Shown in pieces: positions 8,281 to 17,029 of a stretch of DNA of 64,000 nt. The stretch comes from Anaerolineae bacterium (GTDB taxonomy: Bacteria; Chloroflexota; Anaerolineae; UBA1429), in assembly GCA_040767425.1 (NCBI GenBank), contig JAXGON010000012.1, positions 11,764-75,763 on the forward strand, read 5' to 3'. The position numbers and the translations under genes were made by a program. The first letter of the stretch is position 1. Each line of letters starts with the position of its first letter. The notes under the pieces were generated by a model. The model was not told where the DNA came from and did no database searches. It saw only the letters and a program-made list of their open reading frames with translations.

Positions 8281-9846
8281 ATGAAGTGGCGCACCATCGA
8301 GGCAGCGCGAGCGCTGCTACAGACCGAGGACGGAGCGGTCATCCAGAACTGGGGCGGTCGCGTCCCCATCGCCCTTGTCTTTCCCAACAGCTATGCGGTC
8401 GGCATGTCGAGCCTCGCCATGCATGGGCTCTATCAGTGGCTCAATGCCATGCCTGACGTCGCCTGTGAGCGCGCTTTTGCCTCCCTCGGGCGACGAGAGG
8501 ATCGGAGCGAGCCCGTCGTCACCCTGGAATCGCAGCGCCTCTTGCGCGAGACCAGCTTGATCGCCTTTAGCATTCCCTACGAGCTGGATTATGGCAACGT
8601 CGTTGAGGTGTTGCGGCGGTCAGGCATCCCCGTGCTGGCCCGCGAGCGGACCGTGCGCGATCCGCTGGTGCTGATGGGAGGGCCCGCCGTGTCGGCCAAT
8701 CCTGCGGTGATGGGCCCGATGGCCGACGCCGTGATGATCGGCGAGGCCGAGCAGTCCCTCGAGGGCATCGTCGAGGCGGGACGTCTGCAGATGGGCGGGC
8801 AGCGCGATCAAGCCCTGAACGGGCTGGCGAGCCTGCCAGGGATGTGGGTGCCGAGCCGACCCCAGCGAGAACTGGTGACGCGGCAGTGGGTGCCAGACCT
8901 CGGGCGGCGGCCGTTTGCGTCCTCGGTGGTGTGCCCTCAGGCTGAGTTTGGCGACATGGCCATGATCGAGCTGGCGCGTGGCTGCGTGCACGCTTGCCGC
9001 TTTTGCCTGGCCACGCGCTGGTACCGCCCCTTTCGTGAACAGAGCCTGGATCAGGTGTTGGCTCTCGCCCGCCGAGCGCGGGGGCGCTGGCCCAGGGTGG
9101 GGCTGGTGTCGGCGGCGGTCTCGGATTACAGCCAGATCGACGCGCTCGTGGAGGGATTGTGCTCAGAGGGGATCCCGTTCAGCGTTTCCTCACTGCGGGC
9201 GGCGCCCCTCTCGGAGGCGCTGCTGCGAGGGTTGGCGGCCAGCGGTGTCCGCACGCTGACCATCGCGCCCGAGGCGGGCTCGCAGCGTCTGCGCGATGCC
9301 ATGCGCAAAGGGATCTCACACGAGGATATTATGCGCGCGGTGGCAGCCGCCAACGCATTAGGCTTTGAGACGCTCAAGCTGTACTATATGGTTGGCCTGC
9401 CCGATGAGGCCGAAGAGGATATCGCGGCGCTGATCGAGCTCACTGGCGAGATCGCCCGACGGTTTGATCGCTATGTGGTGGTGGGAGTCAGCCCCTTTGT
9501 GCCCAAGGCGCACACGCCGTGGGAGCGGTGCGGCATGGCACCCGCTGAGGTGCTGGATGCTCGTCTGGCCCGCATTCGCGCATCGCTGCAATCTCGATCG
9601 GTGAGCGTGCGAGCCGAATCCACCGCGCTGGCGCGGGTTCAGGGCATCCTGGCGCGTGGCGATGCCGCGGTAGGTGAGGCGCTGGCGACGACGAGCCGCG
9701 CAACTCCCAAACGGGTGGGGGCCCTCCTGGCCAAGGCGGGGCTGGACGTCGAGGGCTATCTGGCCCCATGGGCTCCGCAGCGGCCTCTGCCCTGGCGGAT
9801 GGTCGATGCCCGCGGCTGTCCATCAAGGGGCGAGGGGGCGCTGTGA
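8281..9846 (+). CDS. radical SAM protein with N-terminal B12-binding-like region (TIGR03960/DUF4080-like)
   Basis: CxxxCxxC cluster motif CVHACRFC in the middle of the protein; N-terminal FPNSY..GMS pattern. Confidence 0.6.
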   Translation: MKWRTIEAARALLQTEDGAVIQNWGGRVPIALVFPNSYAVGMSSLAMHGLYQWLNAMPDVACERAFASLGRREDRSEPVVTLESQRLLRETSLIAFSIPYELDYGNVVEVLRRSGIPVLARERTVRDPLVLMGGPAVSANPAVMGPMADAVMIGEAEQSLEGIVEAGRLQMGGQRDQALNGLASLPGMWVPSRPQRELVTRQWVPDLGRRPFASSVVCPQAEFGDMAMIELARGCVHACRFCLATRWYRPFREQSLDQVLALARRARGRWPRVGLVSAAVSDYSQIDALVEGLCSEGIPFSVSSLRAAPLSEALLRGLAASGVRTLTIAPEAGSQRLRDAMRKGISHEDIMRAVAAANALGFETLKLYYMVGLPDEAEEDIAALIELTGEIARRFDRYVVVGVSPFVPKAHTPWERCGMAPAEVLDARLARIRASLQSRSVSVRAESTALARVQGILARGDAAVGEALATTSRATPKRVGALLAKAGLDVEGYLAPWAPQRPLPWRMVDARGCPSRGEGAL

Positions 9847-10619
9847 GCGTGCTGCGCGATGACTTGGTGGCTTGGCGATCCTCTCTGCTGGCCGATGAAC
9901 GCATTGAACACGCAGTGATGGGCCGCCTGGGCGGGGTGAGCCAGGGCCCATATAGCAGCCTGAACGTGGGCGGAGCCGTTGGCGATGATCTCTCGGCGGT
10001 GGCCGAGAACCTCCGTCGCATCTATGCCGCCTTGGGATGGGATTCCGAGCGCGTGGTCAGCGGCCACCAGGTCCACGGGGATCGGGTCCATCGGGTTTCG
10101 AACGACGACGCGGGAAAGACCATCGCCGCGACCGATGCGCTCATCAGCGACCTCCCAGGGATCTTGCTGATGGGGCGATATGCCGACTGCGTCCCCATCC
10201 TGCTATTCGATCCCCTCCGCGCAGCGGTAGGGCTGGCCCATGCGGGATGGCGGGGCACCGTCCAGGGCATCGTGGCCAAGACGGTGCGAGCTATGGCGAG
10301 CAGCTACGGCAGCCAGCCCGCCGACCTGCGCGCGGTGATCGGTCCGAGCATCGGGCCGTGTTGCTTTGAGGTGGGTGAGTCAGTTCGAGACGAGTTCCGC
10401 CAGGCTTTTTCTGATGCGCAGGGCGAGATCGTCGATGCTGACGGTCGCTATGTGAACCTCTGGCGAGCGAATGCGATCCAGCTAGAGCGCTGTGGGGTGA
10501 GAGCCATCGACGTGGCTGGTTTGTGTACCAGCTGCCATGTGGATCGCTTCTACTCGCATCGGCGCGAAAAGGGCAGAACAGGGCGGTTCGCGGTGGCCAT
10601 CGGGCTGCGTTCCCGATAG
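9843..10619 (+). CDS. pgeF: peptidoglycan editing factor PgeF / YfiH (DUF152 laccase-domain protein)
   Basis: HAGWRG motif and overall YfiH similarity; GTG start overlaps the upstream stop (GTGA). Confidence 0.8.
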   Translation: MSVLRDDLVAWRSSLLADERIEHAVMGRLGGVSQGPYSSLNVGGAVGDDLSAVAENLRRIYAALGWDSERVVSGHQVHGDRVHRVSNDDAGKTIAATDALISDLPGILLMGRYADCVPILLFDPLRAAVGLAHAGWRGTVQGIVAKTVRAMASSYGSQPADLRAVIGPSIGPCCFEVGESVRDEFRQAFSDAQGEIVDADGRYVNLWRANAIQLERCGVRAIDVAGLCTSCHVDRFYSHRREKGRTGRFAVAIGLRSR

Positions 10620-10630
10620 CTGCGGCGGCC

Positions 10631-11362
10631 ATGGAGGTACGTATGGTGGATCTGGCCAGTAATGTGAAACGAGTGCGGGAGCGCGTCGCGGACGCGTGTC
10701 AGCGAGCTGGTCGCGCCCCCCAGGACGTGACCATCGTGGCCGTTTCCAAGACCCGCACTCCTGAGGAGATCGCGGCAGCGTACGCGTGCGGGTTGACGCA
10801 CCTGGGCGAGAACCGCGTGGAAGAGGCCGAGGCCAAGATACCTGCCGTCATCGAGCGGCTGGGCGACGGTATCACTTGGCACATGGTGGGGCATATTCAG
10901 AGTCGCAAGGCCAGTCGGGTGGCCGAGTTTGCCGACGTGATTCACTCGCTGGATTCGGTCAAGCTGGCTCAGCGCCTAGATCGCGCGGCCGCCGAAGCGG
11001 AACGGGGGATCTCGGTGCTGCTCGAGTGCAACGTCTCTGGCGAGCCCTCCAAATACGGGTTCGACGCGGCCGACGAGGACGGTTGGAGCCGTCTGGTGGA
11101 TCCTGTGCGCGAGATCGCCTCATGTCGGCATCTGCGGCTGTGCGGCCTCATGACCATGGCTCCCATCGCCGATGATCCCGAGACGGTGCGGCCCGTGTTT
11201 GCCAAGCTACGGGCGCTGCGTGACACGCTGCAAACGAGCGTGACGGGGGTGTCCCTGTCAGAGCTCTCCATGGGCATGACCGATGACTTTGAGGTGGCTA
11301 TCGAGGAGGGGGCGACCATGGTGCGGATCGGGCGCGCCATCTTTGGCCCCGCAACCTACTAG
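10631..11362 (+). CDS. yggS: YggS-family pyridoxal phosphate homeostasis protein (PLPBP)
   Basis: VSKTRTPEEI...GENRVEEA N-terminal Lys region, alanine-racemase-N fold; conserved pgeF-yggS-proC-yggT order. Confidence 0.8.
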   Translation: MEVRMVDLASNVKRVRERVADACQRAGRAPQDVTIVAVSKTRTPEEIAAAYACGLTHLGENRVEEAEAKIPAVIERLGDGITWHMVGHIQSRKASRVAEFADVIHSLDSVKLAQRLDRAAAEAERGISVLLECNVSGEPSKYGFDAADEDGWSRLVDPVREIASCRHLRLCGLMTMAPIADDPETVRPVFAKLRALRDTLQTSVTGVSLSELSMGMTDDFEVAIEEGATMVRIGRAIFGPATY

Positions 11363-11374
11363 GAAGGAGCAGCC

Positions 11375-12205
11375 GTGTTAGATCAGCCGCTGGGCCAGGT
11401 GGTGGCCTTTGTCGGTGGCGGGACCATGGCCGAGGCGCTCGTGGCCAGGCTGCTGGCGGGAGAGCGCTTTGAGGCAAAGCAGGTGCGAGTGGGCGAGCCG
11501 CTGGCGGAGCGCCGCGACGTGCTTCAACAGCAGTATGGCGTGCTGACCTATGCTGATAACCGCGAGGCGGTTCGATCCGCTTCTCTGGTGGTGCTGGCGA
11601 TCAAGCCCCAGGTGCTGGACCAGGTCCTGGATGGCCTGCGCGGAGCTATCGCCGAGGGCACATTGGTTCTCAGCATCGTCGCTGGGGTCACCATCGATCG
11701 CATCGTAGCGGCGCTGGGCGTGGAGGCGGTGGTGCGGGCCATGCCGAACACGCCTGGACAGGTGGGTGAGGGCGCGACGGTGTGGACGGCCACAGAGCAG
11801 ACCACCGATGAGCAGCGTCGACTGGCGCGAGAGGTACTGGGCGGCTTGGGCCTGGAGATCGAGGTGGCGCAGGAACGCTATCTCGATATGGCGACGGCGC
11901 TGAGCGGATCGGGGCCCGCCTATGTGTTTCTGTTCATCGAAGCCTTGGTGGAGGCGGGGGTGCGCTTGGGGTTCGCACGGCAGGTGGCGGAGCAACTGGC
12001 CCTGCAGACGGTGCGTGGCTCGGCCGCCTATGCGCAACAGGCGGGCATCTCGGCGGCAGACCTGCGCGCGCGGGTTACCTCGCCTGGTGGCACCACGGCC
12101 GAGGCGCTCTATCAACTGGAAAAGGGTGGCCTTCGGGCCGCCGTACTTGATGCCGTCCAAGCGGCGTATCACCGTGCCCAGGAACTGGGGAGGGCCAACT
12201 CGTGA
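11375..12205 (+). CDS. proC: pyrroline-5-carboxylate reductase
   Basis: FVGGGTMAEALV Rossmann motif and full-length ProC similarity. Confidence 0.85.
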   Translation: MLDQPLGQVVAFVGGGTMAEALVARLLAGERFEAKQVRVGEPLAERRDVLQQQYGVLTYADNREAVRSASLVVLAIKPQVLDQVLDGLRGAIAEGTLVLSIVAGVTIDRIVAALGVEAVVRAMPNTPGQVGEGATVWTATEQTTDEQRRLAREVLGGLGLEIEVAQERYLDMATALSGSGPAYVFLFIEALVEAGVRLGFARQVAEQLALQTVRGSAAYAQQAGISAADLRARVTSPGGTTAEALYQLEKGGLRAAVLDAVQAAYHRAQELGRANS

Positions 12206-12465
12206 TCATATTCATCAACTTTATCGATATTCTGGCGAGGTTGCTGAGCCTGGCCATCCTCGTTCGTGTGCTGCTATCATGGATCCCCATTGATCGAAGC
12301 GGCCGCTTTGCCGAGATCATCCTGCAGATCACCGAGCCCGTGGTCGGGCCCATCCGCAAGGTGCTCCCCTCGCTAGGGGGGCTGGATTTCTCGCCCATGG
12401 TCGCGATGATCCTGCTGGAGATGGTGCGAACGCTCCTGGTCAACCTCCTCTACACCTTGGCCTAG
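12202..12465 (+). CDS. yggT: YggT-family membrane protein
   Basis: 87-aa two-TM protein with YggT-like sequence, immediately after proC (4-nt overlap). Confidence 0.75.
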   Translation: MIIFINFIDILARLLSLAILVRVLLSWIPIDRSGRFAEIILQITEPVVGPIRKVLPSLGGLDFSPMVAMILLEMVRTLLVNLLYTLA

Positions 12466-12490
12466 TGAGCTGTCGCTGCGGTCGCTGGTT

Positions 12491-14761
12491 CTAGCGGCTC
12501 CAGCACGGGCTCTGCTCGATGGCTTCGCCCAAGGTGAGGTTCAGGCGACGCCCCGTGGTCAGATCCAGCGTGTAGATGTCCCAGCCGCCATCGCGGTTCG
12601 AGTAAAAGGCGATGCGCTCGCCCACGGGCGCCCAGGTTACGCCATGATCATTGGCGTACACGTCCTGGCTGAGGTTCCGCACATTGGTCCCATCGGCGTC
12701 CATGCCATAGATCTCCATGTTGCCATCGCGGTAGCTCTCCCAGGCGAGCTGTTGCCCATCGGGTGACCAGGCCGGCGACTGATCGCTGGCGGGATCGGTG
12801 GTAAGGCGTTGCACCGACAAGTCGGCCAGCGAGAGCAGGTGGATGTCGAGATTGCCCGTGCGGTTCGACACAAAGGCGATCTCGTTGCCCGTCGGTGACC
12901 AGGCGGGGCTATAGTCGGCGGCGCTGTGAGAGGTGAGCCGCCGCTGGCTGGTTCCCTCGGCCGTCATCACGTACAGCTCCCAACGGCCATCGCGAAAGCT
13001 GGCAAAGGCGATCTCGGTACCATCGGGTGACCACGATGGCGTCCAATCATCGGCCGCATGGAGCGAGAGGTTGGTCTGGTCAGAACCGTTGCGGTTCATG
13101 ACATAGACCTCGCGGTTGCCATCGCGGTCCGAGACAAAGGCGATCTTGCGGCCGTCGGGCGAGAGGACGGGCAAGGTCTCGTTGCTAGGCGTATTGGTCA
13201 GGCGAACGGGGTCCGACCCGTCGCTGCGCATGATATAGATATCCCAAGGCTTGTCGGGATCCTCTTTGGCTTGGTAGACGATATAGCCCTGCGCTAGGCC
13301 CGCCTCAGGCGTGGGAAGCGCCTCAGAATCCTCGGGCTCGGCTGTGGGGGGAACGTCCAGTGTCGGGCGATGCATCCAGACGACGGTTACATCGCGCGAC
13401 CGCCATACCCACGCGATGGCGACGGCGAGCAGGATGGCGACGCTCCAGAGGGCGATGCCTGTCCAGTCGATTTGGCGGCGGCGGCGGGTGCTGTGCACCT
13501 TGACGCGGCGCGAGCGGTAGGTGCCGCTGGAGGCGATGGTGGCGTCCAGCGGGTGGGTGCGGCGCACCCAAACCCGCAGGATGTCGGATGCCACGCGATA
13601 GGTGGGCCCTCCTAGCTCGTCCAGAATCCCGCGAGCGTGCAGTTCGGCCAGCCCGCGATTCACATCCCCTCGGAGCAAGCGCACGCTGGCCGCTAGCAGA
13701 CGGTTGACGTCGCCAGGCGTGCAGATCCCATGCTGCCCCGTGGTCTCGCACATGGCGGAGAGCACCAGCCGCGCGCTGTCGCTGAGCGGCTCCCACTGCT
13801 CCCGAAAGTGTTCGTCTGCCGCCTGGAGGACATCCTCCGAGAGATGGCTGACACCATTGGCAGGAACCCAACCCATCTTGGCATAATGCTGGTAGCAAAA
13901 GGAGCCAAAGAGCTGGAGCAGATAGGGATCGCCGCCCGCGAGCACGTACGACGCACGAATGATCTCATAGCCCAGGGCTAGCTTGCCTCGGAGCGGAATG
14001 GCCAGAAGCTCTTCGGACTCTTGCTCGTCGAGGGACGACAACTCGATGACGCTGGCTCCCTCGAGCATGGCCTGATCGAGGTCAGCCAGGTGTCCCTCTA
14101 TACAGAGCAGCAGGGCCAACTTGGCCGATGAGGACAGCGCTCGCTGAGCCGAGTGCAGGATCGCCAACCAACTGCTCTTGCGTGCTGTGAGGTCGGCCGT
14201 TGTGATCTGATCGAGGCAGATTAGGCAAGGGCGCTCCGCCTCCATCCTGGCCTCGAGGGCTGACCAGGTCTCGGTGGTAGGTTCCTCTGCCTGCTGAGAC
14301 TCCTGGCTTTCTCCACCCAGCTTGTGCGCGATGGTCTGGATCAGCCCCGCCTCTGAACGGATCTGGGCCGTTGTCAGGTCGATCTGGATCACCTGCCAGC
14401 GTGGGTGCAGGCGTAGAGCGAGCTGGTTCACAAAGGATGTCTTGCCCAGGTGGCGGTGCCCAAACAAACAGATGATGCGCTGTTCCGACCCAAGCATACC
14501 GTGCAGCTGGGCGAACTCGGCATCTCGCCCAACAAAGAGATCCTGGTCAGTCAGGGGACGATCGGTGATGAATGGGTTGCTGAACGACATGCTGCTCCGA
14601 AATCGGCAAGCAGAGGGTGCGGCCATCACGCCAAAAGGCTTGGCAGGGTGCGACAACGGGCCGAGTATAGCATCCGTGGGCGGGCACGGCAAAGATGGGT
14701 CGGGGCCGCAAAGAGCATCGTGCGTGGCTGGCTCGCTGGCTGGTGGGCGCAGAACGGCCAT
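12491..14761 (-). CDS. signal-transduction ATPase (AAA/NACHT-like P-loop) - TM helix - TolB-like WD40/PD40 beta-propeller protein
   Basis: Walker A GHRHLGKTS near the N-terminus; a single TM (WTGIALWSVAILLAVAIAWVW); C-terminal tandem PD40-type repeats (SPDG..IAF.S.RDG..E.Y). Confidence 0.55.
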   Translation of the reverse strand: MAVLRPPASEPATHDALCGPDPSLPCPPTDAILGPLSHPAKPFGVMAAPSACRFRSSMSFSNPFITDRPLTDQDLFVGRDAEFAQLHGMLGSEQRIICLFGHRHLGKTSFVNQLALRLHPRWQVIQIDLTTAQIRSEAGLIQTIAHKLGGESQESQQAEEPTTETWSALEARMEAERPCLICLDQITTADLTARKSSWLAILHSAQRALSSSAKLALLLCIEGHLADLDQAMLEGASVIELSSLDEQESEELLAIPLRGKLALGYEIIRASYVLAGGDPYLLQLFGSFCYQHYAKMGWVPANGVSHLSEDVLQAADEHFREQWEPLSDSARLVLSAMCETTGQHGICTPGDVNRLLAASVRLLRGDVNRGLAELHARGILDELGGPTYRVASDILRVWVRRTHPLDATIASSGTYRSRRVKVHSTRRRRQIDWTGIALWSVAILLAVAIAWVWRSRDVTVVWMHRPTLDVPPTAEPEDSEALPTPEAGLAQGYIVYQAKEDPDKPWDIYIMRSDGSDPVRLTNTPSNETLPVLSPDGRKIAFVSDRDGNREVYVMNRNGSDQTNLSLHAADDWTPSWSPDGTEIAFASFRDGRWELYVMTAEGTSQRRLTSHSAADYSPAWSPTGNEIAFVSNRTGNLDIHLLSLADLSVQRLTTDPASDQSPAWSPDGQQLAWESYRDGNMEIYGMDADGTNVRNLSQDVYANDHGVTWAPVGERIAFYSNRDGGWDIYTLDLTTGRRLNLTLGEAIEQSPCWSR

Positions 14762-14802
14762 GCCCGGGCATGGCCGTTCTCAGCAGCGATGTGGGAGGAT
14801 GA

Positions 14803-15594
14803 CTAGGAGTCTGGTGTCAACGTCTTGAGCATGATGTTGAGCCTTAGGCTGGCTTGGTTGAACACCTCAGAGTTGTTCTGCTGATCGGCCAACTCGGCGG
14901 CGGTGGCGAAATCGCTGGCGGCTTCCTCGGCTTTGCCCAGTCGGGCATAGATCTCGGCGCGCTGGAGGTGAGCTTGGGCGTGGGTCGGCTGAGTGGCAAT
15001 CAGCTCGTCCAGCTGGCCGATGGCAAGGTCGAGCTCCCCTGCCTCCTCATAAGCATTGGCCAAGGTCTCCAGGTAGGTGCGACGGTTTCGCAGCCCGCTC
15101 TGTGCCCTGGTGAACTGGTCGCGCGCTTCTGTCTGGCGACCCGTGATCTCATAGAGCACGCCCAGGTAGACGTGGGCATCGGCACGGCCGCTGTCGATAC
15201 GAAGTGCCCGCTCAAACTCCTCAATAGCCATGTCCCATTCCTGGCGCGCGACGTACTGCTGGCCGTTGACAAAGTGGGTGCGTGTTCGCTCGGCCTTGGT
15301 GCCAGGCCCGAACAGCGTGTTTGAGACATAGGCTGCCACAACTAACACCACGGCGATGATGCCTACTGTGATCCAGGTGGATCGGGATCGCTTTCTTGTT
15401 CTCATAGTAGGGGATATCGACGAACCACCACGTCTTGTCTTCCGAAAATGTTCCGCTTCCCGGGCTGCGGCCAGCCCGCCCGTCTTGCGGAGCTCTTTTT
15501 CGATGACGCCGGCGTGCCGCGTAAGCAAGAGTCGATCGTCTCTAGGCGGCTTTCTTCTGGCTTGAGTGAGGCCTTGCTCCAGCAGACGCTCCAT
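14803..15594 (-). CDS. membrane-anchored TPR-repeat protein (start uncertain)
   Basis: Basic stretch + TM (WITVGIIAVVLVVAAYV), then TPR-like helices (AIEEFERALRID..AHVYLGVLYE...AQAHLQRAEIYARLGKAEEA). Confidence 0.55.
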   Translation of the reverse strand: MERLLEQGLTQARRKPPRDDRLLLTRHAGVIEKELRKTGGLAAAREAEHFRKTRRGGSSISPTMRTRKRSRSTWITVGIIAVVLVVAAYVSNTLFGPGTKAERTRTHFVNGQQYVARQEWDMAIEEFERALRIDSGRADAHVYLGVLYEITGRQTEARDQFTRAQSGLRNRRTYLETLANAYEEAGELDLAIGQLDELIATQPTHAQAHLQRAEIYARLGKAEEAASDFATAAELADQQNNSEVFNQASLRLNIMLKTLTPDS

Positions 15595-15834
15595 CTCTCA
15601 TCCTGCACCCGGTCTCGCAGGCGGAGGATAGTAAGGATCTCCTCTCCCTTGCCTACCAGATCGCCGGCGCCGACCTCTAGCTCCCGAAGCATGTCCCGCA
15701 GATCCGATGCAGCCGTGCGGCCGCCTGAGCGTTCGATCACTCCCTTTGGCATGCTCATCCTCCATATACATCGCAACGAGGCCGTGACTGACCATCCACG
15801 GTACTAGAGATTATGGCGAATGGAGAACCGGGTG

Positions 15835-17019
15835 TCAATCGCCAGGAGCCTGGAAATCGGGCTTGGCAGCCAACCCCTCCTGGATCCAATCGGCAATGCG
15901 GTCCATCCACGTTGCTACGCCATGCTCTTGCGCCAGAGCCAGCCGAGCATCCCTCAGGCCAGGATCCTCAAGAGGTGCCCGCTCAATCGCTTCGAGGAAC
16001 TCGTCTGCGCTGCTGGCGATGTGGATGAGAGGGGCATACTCCTGAAGGGTGGGGAGGGCATCGGTCGCTACGATGGGGAGCCCGGTCGCCAGGTACTCGA
16101 ACAGCTTGGCTGGCATGATCCCCCGCACGAATTCGTGCCGCGCGTAGGGCAGCAACAAGACGTCGGTCTCCTCCAGGTGCTGCTGAAGAGCCTCGTGACG
16201 CACGGTGCCGACGAGTTCGGTCTCGGGAGCCAGCATGTCCAGGTCGGTGCGGATGGGCCCGATGAGACGTAGCTGGTGGCGGCGACTGATCTCGCCCAGC
16301 AGAGGCAGATCGAGACGCCACGAGATGCCGCCATAGTAGGTGCAACGGAGGCGTCCTCCCGGGCCCCGCCCCCCAGATGCCGCGGAGGGCACCTCGTGAA
16401 AGCGGTCGAGATCGACCATCGCGGGCAGCCGTCTTACGCCGGGATGATCATGACAGCGCTCGTACAACAGATCCGAGTCGGGCAGCACGAGGTCAGCATC
16501 AGAGAGGACGCGCTCCTCGCACAGCTCGCGTTTGGGTGCGCGCGGGTCGGCCGCCCAGTGGGTCCGGCACAGGTAGAGCAACAGATCGGGCCGCAACGAC
16601 AGCGCAACCTGATGGGGCAGACAAAAGGGAAGCGCGGTGATCACCACGCAGCGGGCGGCCTCCCCCCGAATACGCTGCAGGCGACGGATCAGGGGGAGCA
16701 GCATCAGGTGGGCGATCCTGCGCGTCCATGGGCCGGTGGCCGGTAGGCAGAGCGGGTTCCAGAGGGTGACGCCTGAGGGCAGTGGGTTGTGCGCCTGCCC
16801 GGCCAACTGGGGCCGCCCGGTGAGCCTTGCGGCCAGGCGTCTGACCTCACGAAAGCCGGGGAGATGCTTGGGCAGGGGATTGAGATAGTGGACGACGAAT
16901 CCTCGCTCAGCCAGGCCGCGGGCGATTGTCTGGCAGCTCTGCCAGGAAAAGTGCCACTCGACGTTGGCGATCAAGAACACCGTGATCGGCCGGCAGGCGG
17001 GCCGCGACGTGGCTGACAC
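15835..17019 (-). CDS. GT4 (GT-B) family glycosyltransferase
   Basis: C-terminal E-x7-E motif region (RGIMPAKLFEYLATGLPIVATD); start set at GTG with GGAGG RBS, which avoids overlapping the upstream gene. Confidence 0.7.
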   Translation of the reverse strand: MSATSRPACRPITVFLIANVEWHFSWQSCQTIARGLAERGFVVHYLNPLPKHLPGFREVRRLAARLTGRPQLAGQAHNPLPSGVTLWNPLCLPATGPWTRRIAHLMLLPLIRRLQRIRGEAARCVVITALPFCLPHQVALSLRPDLLLYLCRTHWAADPRAPKRELCEERVLSDADLVLPDSDLLYERCHDHPGVRRLPAMVDLDRFHEVPSAASGGRGPGGRLRCTYYGGISWRLDLPLLGEISRRHQLRLIGPIRTDLDMLAPETELVGTVRHEALQQHLEETDVLLLPYARHEFVRGIMPAKLFEYLATGLPIVATDALPTLQEYAPLIHIASSADEFLEAIERAPLEDPGLRDARLALAQEHGVATWMDRIADWIQEGLAAKPDFQAPGD

Positions 17020-17029
17020 GGAGAGCCTC

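Noticed and set aside
11378-12172. 264-aa ORF antisense to proC
   Set aside because: Completely overlapped by the well-conserved proC reading; low-complexity Arg/His-rich translation.
15598-15795. 65-aa ORF on the minus strand in a third frame upstream of the TPR gene
   Set aside because: Gly/Arg-rich low-complexity translation without RBS; overlaps the better-supported small ORF with the GGAGGA RBS.
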